A model generated the notes under the pieces. It worked only from the letters and a program-made list of their open reading frames with translations, was not told the DNA's origin and did no database searches. A stretch of 58,575 bases of DNA from Bdellovibrionales bacterium (lineage in GTDB: Bacteria; Bdellovibrionota; Bdellovibrionia; Bdellovibrionales; UBA840), in contig JBBKWS010000123.1 in the NCBI GenBank assembly GCA_037969075.1, forward strand, positions 1-58,575, given 5' to 3'. This document shows positions 28,684-36,333 of this stretch, piece by piece; position 1 is the stretch's first letter, and each line of letters begins with the position of its first letter. The position numbers were made by a program, and so were the translations under genes.

Positions 28684-29286
28684 TTACCAAGAGTAGGTAT
28701 AGCCGCCAAAAAACTGAAGAATAGTATCATCTTTTGATCGCAATAATTCAACATCGAAACGTAAGCCGGATCTATTTGTAATTGAAATTTCGCTACCAAG
28801 TGCTCCGCCAACCATGTATTTTTTAAAGTCCACGATATTTGCAATGCCGTCATCAGGATCTAAATTTAGGCCGATATCCCACTTATAAAAAGTACGGGTG
28901 CGCCCAGTGATATTAAAGTAATATTTTTTACCAAAAAACAATCTTCCTAAGTCTGATTTAAGATCAAAGCCATACTCGAAGGACTCCATATTTCTAGAAT
29001 AATCTGAAAATGTAATGCCGATGGGGTGATAGGTTTCGCTTTCTTCCCAAAAAGTGTATTGGCCAAATCTAAAAAAAAGAGATTTATCGGCGATGTAAGT
29101 ATAGGTGGTTTCGCTTTGTACATTTTTAGGTACCGGAGGAGCGGGTGTAATTGTATATTCGTCAATTGGCTCTAAAAACTGTGTTGGTTCGCTAGTGCCA
29201 TGGATCTCAGCTCTTTCTACAGTTGCAGCATGTAGAAGAGAACTAAAGACTAAAGTAGAGAAAATCGCTGAAGTTATAATATTCAT
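28684..29286 (-). CDS. Small outer-membrane beta-barrel protein (200 aa)
   Basis: Signal peptide ending LLHA/ATV, beta-strand periodicity, and the aromatic C-terminus GGYTYSW typical of OMP beta-signals. Confidence 0.55.
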   Translation of the reverse strand: MNIITSAIFSTLVFSSLLHAATVERAEIHGTSEPTQFLEPIDEYTITPAPPVPKNVQSETTYTYIADKSLFFRFGQYTFWEESETYHPIGITFSDYSRNMESFEYGFDLKSDLGRLFFGKKYYFNITGRTRTFYKWDIGLNLDPDDGIANIVDFKKYMVGGALGSEISITNRSGLRFDVELLRSKDDTILQFFGGYTYSW

Positions 29287-29349
29287 AAAATTACTAGGTT
29301 CATAATACTATATTTAACCATAGATTCTAATAAAAATAATGAGGTAGAG

Positions 29350-30477
29350 ATGTTATTTCTGATTATAAGTACTTTTTTAGCTACAAATAGCTTTGCTGAT
29401 AAAGATGTCAATTTTGCAATACATAATCAATATGTGACACCCAGGGCTTTAGGTATGGGCGGCGCAATTACTGCTGCAGTGGATGACTATAGCGCTCTAT
29501 TTTATAACCCGGCAGCACTTGTGAAACTAAAAGAAGCCGAGATAAATTTAACTATACAGGGTTCAGTTTCTACTGAGTTTAAGGATTTCTTTGATGATCT
29601 AGGTGATGCTAATGACGTAGGTGAAGAAGGAACTCCTGAAAGGCAACAAGCGATTATTGATGCTTTGCAAAAGTATTATGGAGATCATTTTCATGCTCGC
29701 CCTAGTCTATCAGCAATTTGGGCAAGGCCAGGTTGGGCTTTAGGCTTTATACCTTTAGATTTATCAGTTGAATTAGGCCTGCATCAAACTCTAGGACCAG
29801 AAGTTTCCGCAGAGATTTATCAAGATTCAACTTTAGCTTGGGGTTATGCCAGAAGGATAAAAAAATTAAAAGGCCTAAGTGTTGGTGGAACCCTAAAAGC
29901 AATTTATCGTGGTTACATTGCAAAAGATTTACAGGTCATCGATCTTGAAGACGATGAAGTGATTGATGATAAGGATTTCCAAGAAGGGTTTACGGTTGAT
30001 TTAGATATTGGTATTTTGTATGAGCCGCATTGGTGGAAAGTATCTTGGGTGACTCCAACATTCTCATTAGTGGGTAGAAATTTATTGAAATTGGGATTTT
30101 CTGAAAGTTTCGACTTATATAACGATGACTCTACGCAACCGCCAGATTTAGAGCGAACAATAGATGTTGGGTCGGCTTGGAAACTTCCATCATTTTGGGT
30201 ATTTGAGCCAACACTAACCCTTGATGTTAGAAATTTACGACATAAATACTACTCGTTTGAAAAGGCACTTCATCTTGGTGCAGAACTGGCTTGGAAATAT
30301 GGTTGGGTAAATGGAGCCTATAGATTGGGCCTTTACCAAGGAAATCCTAGTGCAGGAGTTACACTGCAGTTTACAATATTTCGTTTAGATGTTGCTACTT
30401 GGGCAGAGCAAGTCGGTACCTCTGATGTTGATATAGAAGACAGAAGGTATATGGTATCTCTAAGTACAGATTTCTAA
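29350..30477 (+). CDS. FadL/PorV-like outer-membrane beta-barrel, paralog 1 of 3
   Basis: Has a signal peptide and the N-terminal motif PRALGMGGAITAAVDDYSALFYNPAAL (compare the FadL hatch motif G-x-G-x-A...D...NPA). The C-terminal block EDRRYMVSLSTDF is shared with the two paralogs. Confidence 0.6.
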   Translation: MLFLIISTFLATNSFADKDVNFAIHNQYVTPRALGMGGAITAAVDDYSALFYNPAALVKLKEAEINLTIQGSVSTEFKDFFDDLGDANDVGEEGTPERQQAIIDALQKYYGDHFHARPSLSAIWARPGWALGFIPLDLSVELGLHQTLGPEVSAEIYQDSTLAWGYARRIKKLKGLSVGGTLKAIYRGYIAKDLQVIDLEDDEVIDDKDFQEGFTVDLDIGILYEPHWWKVSWVTPTFSLVGRNLLKLGFSESFDLYNDDSTQPPDLERTIDVGSAWKLPSFWVFEPTLTLDVRNLRHKYYSFEKALHLGAELAWKYGWVNGAYRLGLYQGNPSAGVTLQFTIFRLDVATWAEQVGTSDVDIEDRRYMVSLSTDF

Positions 30478-31562
30478 AATCTAAAGGAAAATTTAAATAC
30501 AAATCTACGATCTTCTTCGGGGCTTTCATCGACCCCGATGTCCTCACCATATGTGGCGACTTGAAACTGCATGTTCTCAGTCGCAAATTCTAAGCCAGCT
30601 GTCCAATATCTTTGATTCATACCTGCTCGGATAAAAATAAGGTCATGAACGTTAAACTCCCAACCCATATGCATTCGTCTTCTTGCATCTTCTTCATCAT
30701 AAGCATTTTCGATATCCTTTAATTCAAACGTCAAAGATGATCTTACGTGATTTCCATGTATTGGAAACAAAGAAATAGCAACATCAATAGTTTGAGGAAT
30801 TGAATCAGGTATTTCAGAAGTAGTATAAAACATACCTCCTGCGGCAGAAAATTTGGTGTTGCCGACGTCTCTAGCAACGGCGGTAATTGAAGGCAGCCAG
30901 TCCCATGGGGCCGATAGTGTTAAGCCCACATCAGCACCTATACCAACACCTTCAGTCATGTAGTCTTCAAGATCAGCATCGGTTGTTGTGGTGGGCAATA
31001 TACCGGTAGAGTATCCACGGTTCAGATATTTACCTGTAACGCCCAATTTTACTCGACCTTTAAAGAATCTAAAATTGTACGCTAGAAGAAGTGCGGTGTC
31101 TTCATAGTAATCGAAATCAACAGTAGTTCCATCAGCGCTTGATTGTGCCTCAACATTATATTTCTTAAACAATCCAATACCAAAATTTTGAAAAACCATA
31201 GAGGGGAATATTTGCAATTTTGAATGTAGATGCTCATCAGTCGTTGTATTTAAGGCATCAACAGTACCTTGCAATTCAAAATAGTCTAAAGGATTGCCGC
31301 CATCTAAAACATAGCTCGAAAAGTTCTGACTTAAACTTAATTCGGGATCGATGACCGTGAATATGCTATCTCGTATTTTTCCTAATCCATTGGGATTACT
31401 AAGTAGTGATGTTTCGTCATTAACCACACCAATGCTCGCTCCACCCATACCCATTTGCCTCACGCCAGTAAAAACCTCAAAGCGTTCTTTTGCATTGGCA
31501 ATATTCACCTCAATGATTGAAGCCAGAATAAAGAAGGTAATTTGTAAAAGACGCATAGTCAT
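30474..31562 (-). CDS. FadL/PorV-like outer-membrane beta-barrel, paralog 2 of 3
   Basis: Contains VRQMGMGGASIGVVNDETSLLSNPNGL and the C-terminal EDRRFVFKFSFRF. I moved the start from TTG 31616 to the ATG at 31562 (or 31556), giving the signal peptide M(TM)RLLQITFFILASIIEVNIANA. Confidence 0.6.
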   Translation of the reverse strand: MTMRLLQITFFILASIIEVNIANAKERFEVFTGVRQMGMGGASIGVVNDETSLLSNPNGLGKIRDSIFTVIDPELSLSQNFSSYVLDGGNPLDYFELQGTVDALNTTTDEHLHSKLQIFPSMVFQNFGIGLFKKYNVEAQSSADGTTVDFDYYEDTALLLAYNFRFFKGRVKLGVTGKYLNRGYSTGILPTTTTDADLEDYMTEGVGIGADVGLTLSAPWDWLPSITAVARDVGNTKFSAAGGMFYTTSEIPDSIPQTIDVAISLFPIHGNHVRSSLTFELKDIENAYDEEDARRRMHMGWEFNVHDLIFIRAGMNQRYWTAGLEFATENMQFQVATYGEDIGVDESPEEDRRFVFKFSFRF

Positions 31563-31718
31563 GATTAACTCATCGGAAGTTTTTGATTCAAATTGAGACA
31601 AGAATTTAAAAACCAACTCTAGTCTAGGTTAAGCAAGACTATGGTAGTGAGAGAGGCAAACTTCAGTTTCTCAATAAAAAAAATGCACATATACTATATA
31701 TAGACATGAGAGGCTAGG

Positions 31719-32525
31719 ATGGCTCGATTTACTTTATTACTATTAATAGTAGTTACCATAACATCTTGTAAAAATATGTATGACTCAACGGCGGATACCG
31801 ATTCGGATGAGGCAAAAATATTTGAGATGGAAAGACATTTAAATAAATTTGAATGGGATGAGGCTATTACAGTTTATGGCGAATTGCCTATCGCAACACA
31901 AGTAAAGCGAGAGCCTAAAACACTCTATGTATCTGCTCTTATGGGACGCTGCGGTTTTGAGTTTATCAGTTTTGTAAATGATATTTCAGAAGATTTGGGT
32001 CTTGGGACAAACTTATTTCCATTATTACTATCTGCTATGCCCGATGCTACCACTAGTAAAGTAAATGATTGTGTGATAGCGAATACTCAAATCGAAGAGA
32101 TAAAAACGGATAATGGAGCCGTAACATCGGATTACAATATGTCAGTCCTAAACGGGCTAGCAAGAATTGGCGTAGTAACAAATAATGTTGCAGCAGATGC
32201 AGCTAATGCGCTGGATCCCGCATTTGACCCGTGTGATTCTGGAGATATATCAAACGCAGATGTTCAACAAATTGTTAGTGGGTTTGCTAGAGTGATTTCA
32301 GATATTAGTAGTTCGAGCTTAAGTTTTCTTGGCGATAGTTTAGATGGCCTATGCGACATAGGTGAGCCTATGCAAGTGTCTGGAGTTTGCGATGCGACGG
32401 ATGCTAGTGCCGTGACGCCAGCTCAGATCTGTGCGATGCGAGCGTTGATGAATGAAAGCGAAGCGTTAGGTTTTGGAACATGTACAGGTGATGTAACGGC
32501 TTGTGCGTGTGCGGTGTGTCCTTGA
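31719..32525 (+). CDS. Asp/Cys-rich lipoprotein (268 aa), unknown function
   Basis: The leader LLLLIVVTITSC has a lipobox. The N-terminal part looks helical. There are about 12 Cys, concentrated at the C-terminus (GTCTGDVTACACAVCP). The mature protein is very acidic. Confidence 0.65.
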   Translation: MARFTLLLLIVVTITSCKNMYDSTADTDSDEAKIFEMERHLNKFEWDEAITVYGELPIATQVKREPKTLYVSALMGRCGFEFISFVNDISEDLGLGTNLFPLLLSAMPDATTSKVNDCVIANTQIEEIKTDNGAVTSDYNMSVLNGLARIGVVTNNVAADAANALDPAFDPCDSGDISNADVQQIVSGFARVISDISSSSLSFLGDSLDGLCDIGEPMQVSGVCDATDASAVTPAQICAMRALMNESEALGFGTCTGDVTACACAVCP

Positions 32526-33640
32526 GATATTTTTTACTCCTTATTTTTTTACCAATTGTCTTAGAGGCTGCGCCTCTAAATTACAGAGGTTACTCTGTTA
32601 GAGCTTTAGGAATGGGAAATGCTTTTACCGCTGTAGCAGATACACACGATGCTATTTATTATAATGTTGCAGGTCTAAATAAAATTGAAGGAATGTATCT
32701 AACATTCATGGATCCTTACATTGGGATTAACGACATAACTGAACTTCAAGATACATTAGATGAGGGCGATGGATCAGAGGGTGATGACTTTGCTGAATTT
32801 ATTCGTGATATTTATGGACAAAATATTTGGGCAGCAGCAGGTGCAAAGGCCGGAATAACAATGAAAAATTTCTCCCTACATTATTATGATCAAGGGGAGC
32901 TAAATGCGTATATGACCAATCCTGTTTTTCCAACTTTAGAGCTTACTTTTAAAAATGATATAGGTTTTCATTTGGGCTTAGCCTATGAAGTTGTTCCTAA
33001 TCTGGCGTTGGGTATTGGCGTAAGAAGTATCAGTCGCACGGGCGGATCGTATGATGTTACGCTAGAGACCCTTGAAAATCTTGATAGTGATACGATAAAA
33101 GATGAAATTCTTCGTGAGGGTACCGGCTACGGCGTAGACCTGGGCTTAATGTATACTACCAAACTAGCTAATACTTCTACTAGTTTTGGGTTTTCTATGC
33201 ACAATGCGGGTGATATCGCTTTTCGGACAGGAGCTGGAAAACTGGCCCCTACATCCGAAAAATCATATATGTCTTTAGGGGCAGCGATGCAAATTGATTT
33301 ACCGCTAATTACTATTATTCCGGCGCTTGATTATAAGTTTGTTGATAGAAATGATATTGATATAGATAAAAAGTTAGATATAGGACTTGAGATAGATTTG
33401 CCATTGATAACCGTGCGCGGTGGTTTGCATCATGGCTACTATACTTACGGAGCCACAGTAGATTTGGCATTTCTGCAAATTGATTTAGCTTCATTCTCAG
33501 AAGAACTAGGGGCGTATCCTGGACAGTTAGAGGACAGAAGATATCTGGTTCAGTTTAAAATTGAGCTCGGTCTTGATGCAAATTTTAACGTGTTTACGAT
33601 GGATAAAGCAAATCGAAAAAAGCTAAAGCAACGTAGATAA
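32522..33640 (+). CDS. FadL/PorV-like outer-membrane beta-barrel, paralog 3 of 3
   Basis: Contains VRALGMGNAFTAVADTHDAIYYNVAGL and LEDRRYLVQFKIELG, plus an extra basic tail (KANRKKLKQRR). The start is uncertain: TTG 32522 overlaps the upstream stop (TTGA) and gives MRYFLLLIFLPIVLEA. Alternatives are TTG 32501 and GTG 32516. Confidence 0.6.
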   Translation: MRYFLLLIFLPIVLEAAPLNYRGYSVRALGMGNAFTAVADTHDAIYYNVAGLNKIEGMYLTFMDPYIGINDITELQDTLDEGDGSEGDDFAEFIRDIYGQNIWAAAGAKAGITMKNFSLHYYDQGELNAYMTNPVFPTLELTFKNDIGFHLGLAYEVVPNLALGIGVRSISRTGGSYDVTLETLENLDSDTIKDEILREGTGYGVDLGLMYTTKLANTSTSFGFSMHNAGDIAFRTGAGKLAPTSEKSYMSLGAAMQIDLPLITIIPALDYKFVDRNDIDIDKKLDIGLEIDLPLITVRGGLHHGYYTYGATVDLAFLQIDLASFSEELGAYPGQLEDRRYLVQFKIELGLDANFNVFTMDKANRKKLKQRR

Positions 33641-33660
33641 TTGTTTACAAATTTCTTCAG

Positions 33661-36333
33661 TTGGCTACAGTAGCTTCAATGATCCAAATAATAGAAACTA
33701 GTACAATAAATGATAAAAAATCTGCATTGAATGAATTCAATATAAGCACAGATATTTTATTGGTAGCTAGTCTTAATAATAAAATTTTTTGGAGAAATTA
33801 TTTTTTAGAAAAGGTAGATCTGCTTACAGATGATGCTGTTCAGCGAGCAAGTGATTTTTGGCAAAAACTACTTATTTATTTACCTCAAAACTATAGCTTG
33901 GTTTCACCTGCCTTCTTAAAAACATTTTTAACAGAATTTATAAGTGACAATGAGCTAAAGCTTCAAAGTGATACGGTTTATAGATTACTTTTAGATTTTC
34001 AAGATATTCTATATGCCGGGGATTTGCATGAAATATTTGATGAATGGTTGGCAGTAAATATACATAAGGACGAAACTTGGCTAAAGCACATTGATGATCT
34101 TAAAATAATTGTTGGAGTGCTGGAAGAAAAAAAATGGGTCACCAGAGATTTGCTGCCTGCTCTTTTATATAAATACAAAGATGAAATTTCTAAAAACTTT
34201 AATACGAAAGATATTTTTATCACTTTAGATTTTTCCTTATCAGTAGTTGAAACGAAACTATTCTTAGCACTGTCTGAGGCTAATCACATTAAGGTTATGA
34301 TTCCTGTTGTTAAGCCCATAGTAAATTTTAAGTGGGACTATCAAATCTATAAACCTTTAAGTGAAGATAGCTCTTTGATAACATCATCTAAAATATTTAA
34401 AATGCTATTTGCTCCTAATCAAGGAGCGGAAATGTTATCTGTTCCAGTAGATAAAGTTGTGTATAGTGAGTTTGATACCATCATAGCTGAGGTGGTGTCG
34501 GTGGTTGGGCGTATCCGTCAGCTTCTTGCTTCCGGGGTACCTAGCGCTGATATTGCTATATTGTCTACAAGTAAAGAGAGATATACTTTGATTTTTGATA
34601 CATTTATGCAAATTGAGGGCTTACATTCTCAATCAACACTTGATAGTAGTTTGCTAGGTGTAAAACATCTTCAAAATTTAATTGGGCGTTTAAAGTTAAA
34701 GATCAATAAAGCAGAGACGGAAGAACTAGAACTAAGTGCATTTCATGACTCTAAAGATAATACTTACGCAGATTTTGCAAAAAACTTTACTAATATATAT
34801 CAATCCCAAAGCTTTGATACTTTATTGGATAAAGCCAACATTACTAAATCCGATGAAAAAAAGAAGCTTACACCTAATAACTTTTTGGACTGGCTCCTAG
34901 AGGGGGTTGATAAAATAGATTCTGCGCCTCTTACAGGAATTCTAAATGATGTCCCAGAAGATGTTGAACTAAGACACTCCTCCTGGATCCAGTACTTAGA
35001 GCAGACGCTTGGAGCAAAGTTTTTAAGAAAAAGCACAATCCATGACGGCGTATTACAAGTATTAGATGTGCTTGAGAGCTCACTGCAAGAAAATAAACAC
35101 GTTTTTATTTTAGGCCTTAATGATCGAGATATAAAAGAAAAACAAAATGCATTTATTGAGTCTGCAATAATTGAAAAGCTTGCGACAGACCTAGGGTTTG
35201 TATTTCCATCGCACTTTTCACAACGAAGACTGCTTGCGATATTGCAAGTGTTGCAAGAGGACAACCGCGTATATCTTTCTTATGCTAAGAACGATGTATC
35301 AACCGAACTTCTAGAGCCAAGCATATTTCATTTTTTATTACCACATGATAAATCGACTATACTTCCTTCGTATAATTTACTGCTGCAATCTAATAGATGT
35401 AATGATATTCAAACCAGCGACAGCACATTTGCCAGTTACGTAATGAAAAGACTGTCAGCAACCCAAATAGAAACCTACGTAAGGTGTCCGTTTATCTTTT
35501 ATGCTAAGAATGTGTTGAAGTTGAAAGATGTGAATATATTAGATGTGGACGTTGATCCGATGACCAACGGTAATATTATTCATCAGGCCTTGGCAATTAT
35601 TGTTGCAAATAAATCTTGGCCAAATATATCTCAGAAAATTTTAGCAGAAGCCATCAACGAATCCGTTTTAAGTTATCAGAAAGATATAAAAGAAGAAAAG
35701 TTAATAGCTTCTTATAAAGTAAAGGCTAAAGAATACCTAGATGCTTTTTTACAATTTGAAGTGGATTGGCGTAGAATTTATCCTGATACAAAAACTATTG
35801 GTATTGAATACGAAATAAATGCGTACCTGGATAATAATGGATATTTTCACCGCGAGCCTGGATCGAACCGTTATCCATTTAAAGCCAAAATAGACAGAAT
35901 TGATACGGATGGAAGAGGTAATTACTTAGTCATAGACTATAAATTTAAAAAATCTAGCCAGCATACAAATATTTCGACATGGTTCTCTAAGGGCAGTTTT
36001 CAATTGGCGATGTATTCGCTACTCATCGAAGATATTAAAGAGTTTGAGGATTTAGCTTCAGTAGTTGGTGGTATATACTATACATTAAAGCCTCTAGAGA
36101 GAAAAAAAGGATTTTTACTAGAGGCAAATACGGGTTTATATACGTATAATGGCGATAAAAGGAGTTTTATTAGTGAAGATAAGAAGCAAGCTTATTATCA
36201 AGACTTACGAGATAAAATTAAACAATCTATAGCTGCTATTGAAGATGGTAAGTTTGGACCAAATCCTTTAGATATCAAAAAATGCGACACGTGCGCATGG
36301 AGAAATACATGTCGAGCCAGCCATTTAAATTAA
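33661..36333 (+). CDS. addB: AddB-type helicase-nuclease subunit (PD-(D/E)XK nuclease with Fe-S cluster)
   Basis: The C-terminal RecB-type nuclease has KIDRIDTD...YLVIDYKFKK and QLAMYS. Four Cys lie in AddB Fe-S spacing: RCPFIFY upstream plus C-x2-C-x5-C (KKCDTCAWRNTCR). No Walker A is visible at the N-terminus. The start may be the ATG at 33679 instead of the TTG at 33661. Confidence 0.75.
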   Translation: MATVASMIQIIETSTINDKKSALNEFNISTDILLVASLNNKIFWRNYFLEKVDLLTDDAVQRASDFWQKLLIYLPQNYSLVSPAFLKTFLTEFISDNELKLQSDTVYRLLLDFQDILYAGDLHEIFDEWLAVNIHKDETWLKHIDDLKIIVGVLEEKKWVTRDLLPALLYKYKDEISKNFNTKDIFITLDFSLSVVETKLFLALSEANHIKVMIPVVKPIVNFKWDYQIYKPLSEDSSLITSSKIFKMLFAPNQGAEMLSVPVDKVVYSEFDTIIAEVVSVVGRIRQLLASGVPSADIAILSTSKERYTLIFDTFMQIEGLHSQSTLDSSLLGVKHLQNLIGRLKLKINKAETEELELSAFHDSKDNTYADFAKNFTNIYQSQSFDTLLDKANITKSDEKKKLTPNNFLDWLLEGVDKIDSAPLTGILNDVPEDVELRHSSWIQYLEQTLGAKFLRKSTIHDGVLQVLDVLESSLQENKHVFILGLNDRDIKEKQNAFIESAIIEKLATDLGFVFPSHFSQRRLLAILQVLQEDNRVYLSYAKNDVSTELLEPSIFHFLLPHDKSTILPSYNLLLQSNRCNDIQTSDSTFASYVMKRLSATQIETYVRCPFIFYAKNVLKLKDVNILDVDVDPMTNGNIIHQALAIIVANKSWPNISQKILAEAINESVLSYQKDIKEEKLIASYKVKAKEYLDAFLQFEVDWRRIYPDTKTIGIEYEINAYLDNNGYFHREPGSNRYPFKAKIDRIDTDGRGNYLVIDYKFKKSSQHTNISTWFSKGSFQLAMYSLLIEDIKEFEDLASVVGGIYYTLKPLERKKGFLLEANTGLYTYNGDKRSFISEDKKQAYYQDLRDKIKQSIAAIEDGKFGPNPLDIKKCDTCAWRNTCRASHLN

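Noticed and set aside
36282-36308. Longer 5' extensions offered by the ORF track for addA (36282), the small OMP (39780), barrel paralog 2 (31616), the Cys-rich lipoprotein (19284) and valS (2845)
   Set aside because: In each case an internal ATG gives a proper signal peptide or conserved N-terminus, and for valS, addA and the Cys-rich lipoprotein also has a better-placed Shine-Dalgarno. The extensions start at weak or non-ATG codons or add non-conserved residues.
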